64,000 nucleotides of DNA. It comes from Felis catus (lineage: Eukaryota). Position 1 is the first letter of the stretch, and every line of letters begins with the position of its first letter. Under the pieces are notes generated by a model. That model searched no databases. It was not told the DNA's origin and saw only the letters and a program-made list of their open reading frames with translations. The stretch spans positions 14,820,001 to 14,884,000 of the forward strand of contig NC_058383.1 of assembly GCF_018350175.1 (NCBI RefSeq), read 5' to 3'. Shown piece by piece: positions 12,488 to 25,003 of this stretch. Both the position numbers and the translations under genes were made by a program.

Positions 12488-13375
12488 GTGAAACTAGTGC
12501 TTTTATTGAAAAGGGGCAGTTTGTCAGTAGTGATTTAAGAAAAGACTGAAAAGCAATGGAATACGATTTAAGAATTTATAAAGCAATTCTAATAAAATAC
12601 CTGAAAAGCTTCTCAAATGGGAACAATCGCACCTTGAGTTTTTTCATATTGTTGAGAAATAATATTCTTCTTGTCATATAAACTCTTCCAGGATAAAGCA
12701 AAAGAGGAAAAGCAAATGTAACTCTGATACCAAAATACACAAGAGGAAAACTACTGACAAACCTCACTTACGGATACAGGTAAAAGTCCTGAAGCCTGAA
12801 CTTGAAAATCTAATTTGAAATATACTAAACGCACAGCTTACCACAGCTGCATACAGATTATTCCAAGACTTGAGTACAATTTAATATTAGGGAAATCAAT
12901 TAATATGATAAATCACATCAATAGATGCAATTCCTTAAAGTGCTGGTCTCTATGGATCTGATTAAAATATAATATCCATTCAGGACTTTTTACACTGGGC
13001 AAAGAATAAGACTTCCTAAAAAAAAAAAAAAAAAAAAAAAAGTAAGAGTGACGGATCTCAAGACAACAGCGGACATCCGCATATGTGGAAAGACTCTGCA
13101 TTCAAATACGCAAGGAACCAGGATGCTTGTGACCGTTTTCATTCTAATCATTCCCAATAGGCTGGCCAACAATAGGGCAGGAAACAGAAGTAAAACATAT
13201 GACCACAGGAATGGAGAAACCAAGATGATCACTATTCTGAGGGCAGTACGATTGTCTGTCTAGAAAAAACAAAAGACCCACTGTGATTCTGGGGAATGTA
13301 GTAACGGTGGCTAGGTACAGACAAACATTTAGAAAATCGATGGTTTTCTTGTGTGGCGGCAAAAACCATTTAGAT
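12488..13375 (+). mobile_element. Ancient L1 ORF2 (Z/RT region) remnant
   Basis: aaactcttccagg, taactctgataccaaaa and aatcgatggttttct resemble L1 ORF2. A-rich strand. Confidence 0.6.
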
Positions 13376-14551
13376 CTTTTTTACAGGAAAGAAGAGCCAA
13401 GGGACTTCTGGAGAAGGCAGCAGCAGGGGCTCCCAAATCATTTCCCTCCAGCCTCCTGGCAGGTCCCCTCTGTGGTGGGCGCAGGTCTGGGCAGAGAGGG
13501 CGCCTGGAGGGAAGGTGAAGGAAGGTAGAGGGAGGGTGTGGAGGGTCCGGCTGCCTCACCTGTGAGGCCCCTGGAGAAAGAGTGGCACCCGTTCACTCCG
13601 GCAGGCTGGTGGGTGGTTCCTGACCCCACTGACTCCCAAAACACTTGGAGAAAGGCTGTTCTGTAGGTTGGGGTGTCCCCCCCAGAGAGGGGCTTCCTCC
13701 TCAAGCCTCACTGGAAGAGGGACACCTGTTCTCTGCTCAGACACAAGATGGGCATCATGGGGCCCCCCTCTACCTGTGCATTTCCCAATGCCCAAGAACC
13801 CGCGCCTTGGCAGAGAAGGAGGGCAGAAAACTATAGGCAGACAAAGAAATAGCAGCTCACTTCAGGGAGGTGTGGTGAAAAGAGGGAGGGGACCCGACCG
13901 CTTTTGGTGCACTTGGCTCCCCCTGCACCGCGATGGGAGGAGGAAGAATGTACCAAGAGAAAGAAAACACAAAGGAAGGAAATCTGAGCTCTCAGGGAGT
14001 GAAATCAGAGGACACAAAGGCTCCCAGGAACTAAAAAGTTTGATTTCCAAAGACGCAAATTCACAGGCACACTGGAATACTGGGTGGTAAGCATTAGAGG
14101 TGAGAAGGGGCCTGGACAGGAGGTTCTTAACCTGAGAAGGACAGGGACGCCAAAGAAAGGACAGCAGAACAGATGAGTGCTTGGAATGAGCTGAATTAAC
14201 GCGTTCGACTGTTGATGCACACGGACGAGGTGGGTCTTAGTTCATGGCCTAAAATCAGCAAGCAGGAACCAGCAGAGGTTAGGTCCCGTGTGCACTGGCC
14301 AGGCCTGGGCCAGCTGGGGTCTGAATGCCGGCAGTGTGACTCCAGCGTCCTCGATGTCAACCACAAAGCCAGCAAAGATGAATCAGCACTGATTAAATAC
14401 ATGTTAGAGAAAACGACCATCATCCAAAGAGAAAAATCTCTACGATCGCACAGAAAGGACAAAATAACCAGGAATACACTCGAAAGTGATATTTAGGACT
14501 CAGATGAGGAAACCTATACAACTTTAGTGAGATATTTTAAAAAAACCTTTC

Positions 14552-14680
14552 AGAGCACCCAGCTGGCTCAATTGGAAAAGCTTGCGACTCTTGACCTCAG
14601 GGTCGTGGGTTCGAGCCCCACGTTGGCTGTGAAGATTGCTTAAATAAATACAAAAAACAAACAAGCAAATAAACTTTAAA
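14552..14680 (+). mobile_element. Short old Can-SINE (SINEC_old-like, tRNA-Lys head without CT tract)
   Basis: gctggctcaattggaaaagcttgcgactcttgacctcagggtcgtgggttcgagccccacgttgg, then gattgcttaaataaa. TSD aaaa(a/g)ccttt. Confidence 0.85.
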
Positions 14681-14719
14681 AGAAAAGCCTTTAAAGAAAA
14701 CAGCAAATGATACTATGCT

Positions 14720-15985
14720 TCGTGATGGAAAGATTACTGCAAAGATGTTCATTTAGATGTTTAATTTCCATAAAAATCCCTATGGATTTTTTTTGGCAAG
14801 CTTTCCCAATGACTCGGAAGGTCATTTGGAAGAATGAACAGGCCAAGAAAATCTTTAAAGATAATTAAGAACAGTAATGCCATATCTATTAATAAAATGT
14901 ATTACAGAACTACAATAATGGGGAAAAAAAAAGTACTGATGTAAGAATGGACAGGAGATAAAACAGGACTGTCCAGAACTAAGTCCTTGTAAATATGGGC
15001 AATAAATAGAAATAATTGAGTAGAGAAAAGGCTTCCTTGTCAAATGGTGTTAGGAAGAGAAGAATTACAACGGAAAAACCAATTTGCTGTTCGTATTTTA
15101 CTCTAAAACACTAAAGACATAAATTAGAATACACAGGTAAAATAGGAAAAACGTTTCTAAGCTGCAAATCAATAAAAGAAAAGCAGAAAAGTAAAGACTC
15201 ACAGAGCTGCCAACCTCCTCTGTATGTTAAAGATGTCAGAGACTAGATTAAACATTTAGCAATAAACTAGGAAAACTGTATGCAGTGAATACGGGAACGG
15301 GATAATACTCTTCAAATACAAAGGAACTCACGAAGGCGTAAATGCTAGAGGATGTGAACAGGTAACTCACAAAGGAAAAATACAAAAGTTAAACATGTGG
15401 AAAATGTTCAACTTTCAATAGTATGAAAATAAATGCAAATTAAAAGCAATAATGAGATAGCATTTCCCACATCCCCAGGATGCAAAGATTGCATTTTTTT
15501 TAATGTTTATTTATTTTTGAGAGAGAGAGAGAGAGGCAGAGCTTGAGCAGGGAAGGGGCAGAGAGAGGGGGAGACGCAGAATCTGAAGCAGGCTCCAGGC
15601 TCTGAGCTGTCAGCACAAAGCCCAACATGGGGCTCGAACTCACCAACTGTGAGATCATGACCTGAGCTGAAGTCAGAGGCTTAACCGACTGAGCCACCCA
15701 GGTGCCCCAAGACTGCATTTTTAAGTCTGATTTTAAGATCGAGTCCGCAGTTTGCCACGACTTCGCATTCACATTGATGGGAACAGGCCTTGGCACAGCC
15801 TTTCTCGACACTAATTTGGCAATACCCCCGAGATTAAAAGCCCCTTTTTAATACTATTTTCCTTTGATTCAGTAATTCCTTTTCTGGACTCCATCCTAAA
15901 GACTTCCATCAGAAATTTGGAGAAAGATCCCCGCACTATGTTGCCTATCGCGGCATTATTTGTAACAGTGAAAAATGGAAACGAA
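14720..15985 (+). mobile_element. Ancient L1 ORF2 C-terminal remnant (interrupted by a SINE)
   Basis: atttggaagaatgaacaggccaag, caaatggtgttagga and aaatgcaaattaaaagcaataatgagatagcatt. Confidence 0.6.
15494..15708 (-). mobile_element. Can-SINE
   Basis: Full length. TSD aaga(t/c)tgcatttt. Confidence 0.95.
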
Positions 15986-17430
15986 TATAGAATGTAAATA
16001 TTAAATTAAAAATCAACCCACTCCCCAGAGGTAACATTACCGTATTTTCTCCTCAGCAAATAAAGAAAACTATGGAAGTAATACTTTCCTGTCCTTTCTC
16101 CTTGAGGTTCTATGGTGAACATCTCCCGTGAGATTAAAAATCTTTAAAACGTAACGAGCCCCATAACACTCTACAGAGAGCTAGAGTTTTCTCAATCAGT
16201 CCCCGATTTTTGGAAGGTCCAATTGTTTCCAGAAGAGCACATCATAGGGTTATAATACAACAGTAAGTCATTTCTCTTTTTTTAATGAGTTACGTGTCCA
16301 TCTGAAATAGTTCTTCAGGGGTAACGGCTCTGCAGGACCAAGAGTATAGCCGAATCCTGAGGACGTCCTCCGTGGAACTACAGCTTTCCGAATTGTATCG
16401 AAGTAAGAGTTTGCTCGGCACCGACCCATCTTATACAGAATGTTAGACAATCACCACCCATATCATTTCACATGAAATGAGAATCGTATAGAAAACTGCT
16501 CTTCTGAGGCCCTGTCGCCATAACACATATTAAGAAAAAATCACAACACAGTAAACATCTACGTCTCGTCCCCATGAGTCCCTGGATGATGATGAGCCCA
16601 ATTATTCTACCTCCAGTAATCATTAGCTTGCTTGAGTGCAAAGTGGGAGTAAATATTGCGTGCTGCCTGCCGGGGCTGTTGAAAGCTGAAACTACCCAAA
16701 ATCTTTAGAGCACCCCCACCAGTGTGTCTGTCATACGGGGTCCACACGCTGGGCAGAAGGCCAAGGGTTTGGGACTTTGAAAGATGACTTCTGAACCAAA
16801 ATAGTTGAGGACAATAACTTCACCAAATCCCCTATGAAAAAAAAAAACTTGTGCTGTCCCGTGAAGATCACAGGCACCAGGCACCCTGAGAAACAATGCA
16901 ACACAAAAGGACAGTGATGTACAAAAGCTAGGACGCTGCCTTAAACAAACGGAAGTTGAAAACAACCTCTGGAACTGTCTGCCTTTAAAACCTGGCTGTC
17001 GCCAGGGGGGAGACAGAATCATCTTTACCTGTTTCCATTTCACTGAAGGTTCAAGGTTTTAAATGTGGACTTAGACCCAAATGTGATGCTTCCTGGATTG
17101 TGAATACCCAATTTCATTCACGCTTTTAAATGGAAATTCTAGAAGTGTATGAAACAGCTTTAAAACTTCTAGGATATACAAGACATGGGGAATTTCTTTC
17201 TTTTCAACGGTCTCCTAAAACAATCTTTGTCAAGGAAAATGAAGGAACCACGCGTAGAAATGGCGTCCCATCTATGGTGCGCAGGGTCATTCTCCGTTTC
17301 TTTCTTCCCAAGATCTAGAGCGCCAAACCTCAGTCAGGAGGGACGACTTCCTTCTGACACCAACCCTTAGCAATGCAAGGATGATGTGTAAGAGCAATGC
17401 TCAAGCGAGAGTGTCAGGGACACATGCCAA

Positions 17431-17661
17431 GGGGCGCCTGGGTGCCTCCGTTGGTTAAGCATCTGACTTGTGATTTCAGCTCAGGTCATGATCTCATGGT
17501 TCATGAGCTCGAGCCCCCATGTTGGGCTCTGCACTGAGTGTGGGGCCTGCTTAGGATTCTCTCTCTCCCTCTCTCTCTGCCCTGCCCCCACTCCACCCAC
17601 ACTTGTGCGCTCTCTCTCTCTCGCGCTCTCTCTCAAGATAAAAAAATAAAAATTTAAAAAA
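17431..17661 (+). mobile_element. Can-SINE
   Basis: Full length. TSD core tgccaa. Confidence 0.95.
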
Positions 17662-17789
17662 TAACATCTGCCAAGTAAATATGTACGGACTGAACCAAAA
17701 ATCCTGACGTTATCGGTACTTAGTACTCCTGCACTGTCAGAAGCTTCCTGAAGGGAAAATTCAGTAAAATCAGGACTCTAAGCTAAATT

Positions 17790-18031
17790 TATTTAAAAAA
17801 ATTTTTTTAACATTTATTTATTTTTGAGAGACAGAGAGAGACAGAGCATGAGCAGGGGAGGGGGAGAGAGAGAGAGAGAGAGAGGGAGGGAGACGCAGAA
17901 TCCGAAGCAGGCTCCAGGTTCTGAGCTGTTTGTCAGCACAGAGCCCGCTGCAGGGCTCGAACTCATGAACTGCGAGACCACGACCTGAGCTGAAGTCGGA
18001 TGCTCAACCGACTGAGCCACCCAGGCGCCCC
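17790..18031 (-). mobile_element. Can-SINE
   Basis: Full length. TSD ggactctaa(g/a)ctaaattta. Confidence 0.95.
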
Positions 18032-18262
18032 GGACTCTAAACTAAATTTAAAGGAAACTATTTGGGAATGGGTTTACTCTGAAATCTTATTGTAAGCACA
18101 ACATTCCAGAAAACAAACAATTCTAACAGATTTCAGAGTTTGGCTCTGAAGATGGAGATGACTGTCAATCATGGACCCAGGCATTCACAGTATACCAACA
18201 GTGGAAGACTCATAGCAGCCTATATCCCTATTTCTTGGAGAGTCCTGCAGCATTCCCTCAGT

Positions 18263-18478
18263 ATTTTATTTTATTTTAACATTTATTCATTTTTGAGAGA
18301 CAGAGTGTAAGTGGGGGAGGGGCGGGGGGGGCAGGGGGGAATGACACAGAATCCGAAGCAGGCTTCAGGCTCCGAGCTGTCCGCACAGAGCTCGGGGCAG
18401 GTCTCGAACCCACAGACCACAAGCTCATGACCTGAGCCGAAGTCGGACACTTAACCAACTGAGCCACCCAGGCGCCCC
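18263..18478 (-). mobile_element. Can-SINE
   Basis: Full length. TSD ctcagtatttta. Confidence 0.95.
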
Positions 18479-19449
18479 TCACTCAGTATTTTAGACACCT
18501 GATTCTCCATAGCGCAGGTATAGTGACTTAGTTTATGATACAACATTTGATTCACCACTGAAGCCGAAGAGACCTTTTGCGAACGTTTTCCGAGAGTTTC
18601 TGGCTATGGGTAGACGGAACAACATTCTACCCCATCTCTCGCACTGAACGTGGCTATGAAACCCAGACAGAACGTGTGCAGCAGCTACGTGAAGAGTCTG
18701 AGAGGTAAACATTAGCAGGAGAATTGGGGAAGAAGACCCGAATGTGACGCACAACAAGCCAGCAAAGAGTTTACTGTATTTCCCTTCCGGCACGCCCAAG
18801 CTAGGAGCCAGCCTGAGAATGGGCCCGGTGTGGGCAGCAGGAGCTCCAGGAAACCCTCTAATTCTGACTTCACGGTGCAGAGGGGGTCTGTCAATGCTCA
18901 GAGAGAGTGAGGGAAATACTTAATGCTTTTTTCACGTCTCTAGTCCCTCGGGCCCCAACCTGTAGGCACCGAGAAGTTCTGAGGGAGAAGAACCTTCCCC
19001 TTGGATCAGAGGAGCCATCGTCTTCAGACAGGGGAAACCCCTGATGCTTTTTGTCTCTTTCTCTTCTCTTGTCATTTGGATCAAGAAGCTGGCACAGCCA
19101 CTGTGTTAGCAGAATGGGACAATCATAAAGCCCCACATTTCTGGCTGTACGAATAAAAAGGACCAGAACTGGAAAGGATCAGGAAGATCTGGGACAGCGA
19201 AGGGCTTGGCAAAGCTACCCCATAATATCGTTTATGAAATCCTGGGCTCACCCACAAGCTGTTCACTCAGCTGACCCTGAAGAGTAGCCCATAGACTTTG
19301 AGCAGAAAAACAGGACTGACTTCTACTCAGGTCCCAGGATGGCAGACTAGATCTGAATCGCAGCGCAGAGGCTCTGAAAACTGACCGGGCACTAGACTCA
19401 CAACCCGAAGAAAGCTGGTCGGAATTTGTGGCTTACACCCAACCAAATC

Positions 19450-21060
19450 AACTCCTGCTTAAACAAGAGTATCAACATTCTCCGCGGGATTTTGAAAGGC
19501 CGAGAGTCTCATAACAAAACCTTCAAAATGTCCAAGGTGTAATAAAAAATTGGTCAGCCTAGGAAGAACCAGGAAAGTCTCAACCTGCGTAAGAAAACAC
19601 AATCTAGAAATGCCAATGACACGTGTTGGAATTATCTGGAAAAAAAAAGCTTAACCACAATAGCGATACTGCAATGAGTCAGGGCAAATGCTCTTGAGAG
19701 GAATGTAAAGATAGAACGTTTCACCAAAGAAATAGATGATATAAATAAGAATCTAACAGGTACTTTAAAACTGAAGAAAAAAGCCACTCTCAACAACATC
19801 TCTGTAGAGAAGGTCAACTACAAAATAGGAGTGATAGAAGAGTTAGTGAACTTGCATAGACATCAATAAAAATTATGGGTTATTCCCCTCTCCTCTTCTG
19901 TGATTAATGTCCATTCTATAAGAGTCCCAAAAGGAAATGAGAAAGGCTATAAAGAAAAAAATATGTGAGGGAATAAATGACTGAAAACTTTCCAAGTTCG
20001 TTGACAGAAGTAAATAGTCAGGTTCAAGAAATTCAGTGAGCCCCAAATAGAATAAATCTTAAAAAAAAATGCTCATGCTCATATAGACCATAATCAAATT
20101 TCTGATAAATAAAGATGAAGAAAAAAATCCAGAAAGCATCCAGAGAAAAAGGAAGCATTATCAGTAGGGAAACAATGATGTGGATGACTACAGATTTCTC
20201 ATCATGAAATACGAAGGTCGAGTAGAAGTGAGACAACAGACTTAACGTGCTACGAGAAAAGCATAGTCAACCCAATTCTAGATCTGGTGAAAATATGCTT
20301 CAGGAATGGAGGTGAAATGAAGAAATTTCCAGATGAAGAAAAGCAGAGAAAATCATTGTCGGCAGGCCTACTCAAACATAATTTTTAAAGGAACTTCCTC
20401 AGAGAGAAAATGAAACTCAGGACCTCAGGAATGAAGGACTGGGTAACTGCAATAGCCTATTCTTACCCCGTTTTGTTCTTTAAAACTGCTTGATGGCTGA
20501 GGACAAAAATGATAACATGTCTGATGGAGCTGTCAATGTAGGTAGAGCGATATCAACTCTGAGCAAGGATGACAAAGGAAATGTACTGGTTCCTCAAACA
20601 ACCCAAAACTCGCCAACGATGAAAGACAGGAAGGCATAAGCTGAATAGTCCTACTGAAGAAATTAGATTCATAATTGAAAATTTTCCGAAAAAGAAATCT
20701 TGAGGCCCAGATGGCTTCATTGGCAAATTCTACCAAACATTTAAAGAGGAAATAATATCAATTCTACACAATCTCTTCCAGAAAATAAGAGAGGAAGGAA
20801 CACGTCTCGACTTATCTTATGAGGCTAACGTTACCCTGATACCAAAGACAGTCAAAGGCATAAGAAACAAACAAAACAAAACAAAACAAAAAAACCTAGA
20901 GCCCAATATCTGTCATGAATTTAGACACATGAGGAGATATTTTGGCATGATCAAGCTGTTCTGTATGGATCAGTGGTTACATGAACCTACACAGGTTAAA
21001 ATTCATACACCTGTATGTTACTTTAAAAATTCTACTGTATGTTAATTAAAAATTAAAAAA
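19450..21060 (+). mobile_element. Ancient L1 remnants (ORF1-like, ORF2 piece at 20650-20930, 3' end)
   Basis: cagatttctcatca (ORF1) and ggcccagatggcttcattggcaaattctaccaaacatttaaagagg (ORF2 GPDGF motif). Confidence 0.7.
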
Positions 21061-21815
21061 ATAACTCTTCTAGGCTGATAGCTCTCAGCTTGCGCGAATC
21101 GGCAGGCTTGCACATCTGCAAACCATGTAATAATCTTTCAAAATGGTGTGGCGCCTGATGTCCTATAAAGGAAGAGAGTTGGGGGTTGCTTGGGAAACTC
21201 TCTTTAAAAGGGGGACACACCTTGCTTTGGACGTTGTCCTGTGAAGATGGGATACATAGCAGACGTCTTGTATCCACGAGGAGAAGCCGAGAGAACTGCA
21301 GAGTTCTAACTTCAGATTCCGACATCGCGAGTGGCTGAGTTAACCAGCCAGGAACTCATCCTACCTCTAGATTTAATGGGAGAGTCAATCAAGCTATGTC
21401 ATTTCGTATAGGGGCAGCTGAAAAAGTCTGCCTTGGATGATATACCCGAGTGTATATTTGAATTACTGTGCCCAGCTTTTATAGAATGGGATACATGCCT
21501 TCTTAAGAGCAAATAAGAAAAAAAAAAGTTTCATTCTATGAAGATTCTATGAACCGTCAAGGTGCAATTGAACTTTTTACTGAGAAAACTATTCAGAGCC
21601 AGTTAAGGTAAGATAAAACTAATTGCTTTTGGCAGGCACTTTTGTTTGCCAGATGGGCAATTCTAAACAACTCTATCGGATTGGGTAACTCAGCCAGGGA
21701 GGTGGGGAAGGCTTTTGTGGCCAGCTCGTCCCGACACTCTACGGCGATGTAATGCCACTGAAAAGTGTCTATTTTGAAATAACTATATTATTGTAACATA
21801 GGAAGAGGTGCTTGC

Positions 21816-22050
21816 AGGCGCCCGGGTGGCTCAGTTGATTAGGCATCCGACTCTTGATTTGGGCTCAGGTCATGAGCTCAGGGTCATGAGATCAAGCCCC
21901 ACATTGGGCTCTGTGCTGAGCATGGAGACTGCTTGGGATTCTCTCCCCTTCTCTTTTCTGCCTCCCCCCGTACTCTTGCTCTGTCTCTCTGTCTCTCTCT
22001 CTCTCAAAATAAATAAATAAACATTAAAAAAAAAAAAAGAGGAAAAGAAA
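21816..22050 (+). mobile_element. Can-SINE
   Basis: Full length. TSD aag(a/g)ggtg(c/t)ttgca. Confidence 0.95.
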
Positions 22051-22279
22051 AGGGGTGTTTGCAAGCCCCGGCATCAAACCTTCGAACTCAAGGTCATCTC
22101 CTTCATGCTCTGTGGGGCAGGACCCCTGGCTGTCTCGTCAGTACTTGGTCAGGCATTTAGCTGATCCCAACTCATCTGGGGCGGGGGGCGGAAATCCTGG
22201 CCCCGCTTTTATGTGGTTCTGGGGTTACTACATTTAGGCACAAACACCAGGGTATTACATTTAAATAATCTTTGTCACT

Positions 22280-22497
22280 GGGGCGCCTAGGTGGCTCAGT
22301 CGGTTGGGCGTCCGACTTCAGCTCAGGTCATGATTTCACCGCTCATGAGTTTGAGCTCCACGTTGGGCTCTGTGCTGACGGCTAGGAGCCCGGAGCCTGT
22401 CTCGGATTCTGTGTCTCCCTCTCTCTCTGCCCGTAACCCCCTTGCATTCTGTCTCTGTCCCTCTCAAAAATAAATAAGCATTAAAAAATTAAAAAAT
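22280..22497 (+). mobile_element. Can-SINE
   Basis: Full length. TSD ataatctttgtcact. Confidence 0.95.
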
Positions 22498-22619
22498 ATA
22501 ATCTTTGTCACTTATACATTTGATTTTTTAAAAAGAACGAACCGCCTTTAAATCAACAACACGATATACCCTTAAATCTTGACTATTAATCTCAACTCTT
22601 AACTACTAGTTCTAAGGCG

Positions 22620-23560
22620 CCCTCCCACGCAGCCCAGTCACCTGTAGCCTGCTGGACATGTTGCCAGTTATGGTATTCCTTATTTCCCCTCAAACTCTGC
22701 CTCCACAGCATCGGCTTCCACCCACTGGGCTTGTTCTGGTCCTGAGGCCACTCAGAACGTCTGATTCCTCGTCAGCATGACCGCCCTTCAAATATGCAGT
22801 GACACCCTAACGTGCCTGAAGACAATTATCACGTCTGCACAGAATCTTCTCCATAGAGCAAACATTCCCAACCCCGCGTGTGATTCATCGGAGAACGTGA
22901 CGTGGAGTCAGGCTGGGACCCTGGTTCTCTCCGTCACAGGTCCTCTATGGGATCTTAAGGTCAAGAGGCCAGACCTGAGCCCCATACTTCATCTGTGGTC
23001 TGAGCGGCAAGGACAGAGGGGAAGAATTACTTCCCTTGTCGCAATACCGTACTCGTAACAGCACGGTCTAGAAGTCAAACTCTGTTGTTGACAGTCCCGT
23101 CGTCCCGTGGATCCACGTCGAACCTCGTGCCAAGCACTGGAACCCTGTGCTGAAAGTTGTCTTCCTTTTGCCATGCTTTTCATCTCCTAATCTTGTAGGG
23201 CGGGTTGTCTGGGTCCAAGGGCAAGGCCTTACGACTGTTTCTGAGAAATCGCAGCTTGTTGGACTCAGCCTAATTGTTCCAGCCTGTCAAGACCTTTTTG
23301 GATCCTGATTCCATCATGCACTTGCTTCAGCAAATCACTGCTCAAATGCCAAAGCAAAAGGAAGCTGGAGACAAAGGCCTGTGGCAGGTTACAGGGAGCC
23401 TTTCCTGAAGCACAGTTACTCGCCCAGTTATAAATCCACTTAATTTAGTAGCGTCCAGCCTCTTTTTGTCCATCTTGGCTGCAGTACTTTTATATATCAA
23501 AGTAAATTGGTCAAATGCCTTGGTGAAAACCAGATACCCTCCGTCTAGGGTAGCCATTTT
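22620..23560 (-). mobile_element. L3/CR1 LINE relic with RT motif
   Basis: ORF 23342-23647 contains YLVFTKAFD, matching the CR1 RT motif YLDFSKAFD. The stretch at 22960-23040 also resembles the L3 consensus. Confidence 0.7.
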
Positions 23561-23911
23561 CCCCACTTTTCTCTGTGTGTGTGTGTGTGCGTGTGTGCAT
23601 GTGCGCACGTGTGTATTACAATAAAAGCAAAGGTTTTCAGGGACCAAAGGTTTTCAACGGCCTTTTCCACTTATAACTAAATATAACCATACATGAGCTG
23701 ATCTGCCTTTGGTAACAATCACTCTATGAATTTTAACAGTGATTTGAATCTTCCATAGAAACAATATTATAATTATAATGGAATTCTGAGATTTGACTTC
23801 CCCAGAGGCCAAGGAGTGCCAGAAATCAGGAAGGACCAAGCTTTGAGAAGCCCCTATACCAAGGGCACTAGTTCGTCCTGGGGAGCTGATGACACATGGT
23901 AACATTTAAAA

Positions 23912-24103
23912 AAATTTTTTAATGTTTATTTATTTTTGAAAGAGACAGAGTGTGAGCAGGGGAGGGCAACACAGAATCTGAAGCAGGCTCCAGGTGCTGA
24001 GCTGTCATCACAGAGCCCGATGCAGGGCTCAAACTCATGGACCGTGAGATCATGACCTGAGCTGAAGTCAGACGCTTAACCGACTGAGCCACCCAGGTGC
24101 CCC
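23912..24103 (-). mobile_element. Can-SINE
   Basis: Full length. TSD gacacat. Confidence 0.95.
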
Positions 24104-24415
24104 GACACATAGAAACTGTTCAAGGGACCCCAAGAGTCATTACAGACATCACAGTTGTGGGAAGGGGTGGGAGGTCTCAGTGTCCGAGGAGCTCAGGTTC
24201 AGAGGACTCTGGGAGCCTATTTCAAAGGGCTCCCACTTGACATTAAGGGTTAGACCCATGTCAGTATTAGATCTACCCCTTTCTTGGTCACTTTGACAAC
24301 ACCAGTAAGAATATAAGCTTATACCTTTTGACCACTTATGTGACAGGCATTGTTCTAAGAAATTTAAACATCCAATTCACTTAGACATCATAACGGCCTT
24401 ATGAAGTAGGTACTA

Positions 24416-25000
24416 TTTTTTTTAATATGAAATTTATTGTCAAATTGGTTTCCATACAATACCCAGAGCTCATCTCAACTGGTGCCCTCTTCAATGCCCA
24501 TCACCCACCCTCCCCTCCCTCCCACCCCCCATCAACCCTCAGTTTATTCTCAGTTTTTAAGAGTCTCTTATGGTTTGGCTCTCTCCCTCTCTAACCTTTT
24601 TTTTTCCTTCCCCTCCCCCATGGTCTTCGGTTAAGTTTCTCAGGATCCACATAAGAGTAAAAACATATGGTATCTGTCTTTCTCTGTATGACTTATTTCA
24701 CTTAGCAAAACACTCTCCAGTTCCATCCACATTGCTACAGAAGGCCATATTTCATTCTTTCTCATCGCCAAGTAGTACTCCATTGTGTATATAAACCACA
24801 ATTTCTTTATCCATTCATCAGTTGATGGACATTTAGGCTCTTTCCATCATTTGGTTATTGTTGAGAGTGCTGCTATAAACACTGGGGTACAAGTGCCCCT
24901 CTGCATCAGCACTCCTGTATCCCTTGGGTAAATTCCTAGCAGTGCTATTGCTGGGTCATAGTGTAGGTCTATTTTTAATTTTTTGAGGAACCTCCACACT
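24416..25000 (-). mobile_element. Young felid-type L1, 3' (non-inverted) segment of a twin-primed insertion
   Basis: T tail at 24416, L1 3'UTR and ORF2 end in reverse complement, up to ...gaggaacctccacact. Confidence 0.95.
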
Positions 25001-25003
25001 ATC

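Noticed and set aside
14555..14630. tRNA-Lys(CTT)-like sequence
   Set aside because: It has a SINE-type 3' extension, A tail and TSD, and mismatched stems. It is an old Can-SINE, not a tRNA gene.
21150..21430. Possible ancient ERVL/MaLR LTR remnant
   Set aside because: The resemblance is too weak to assign a family or boundaries without a profile search.
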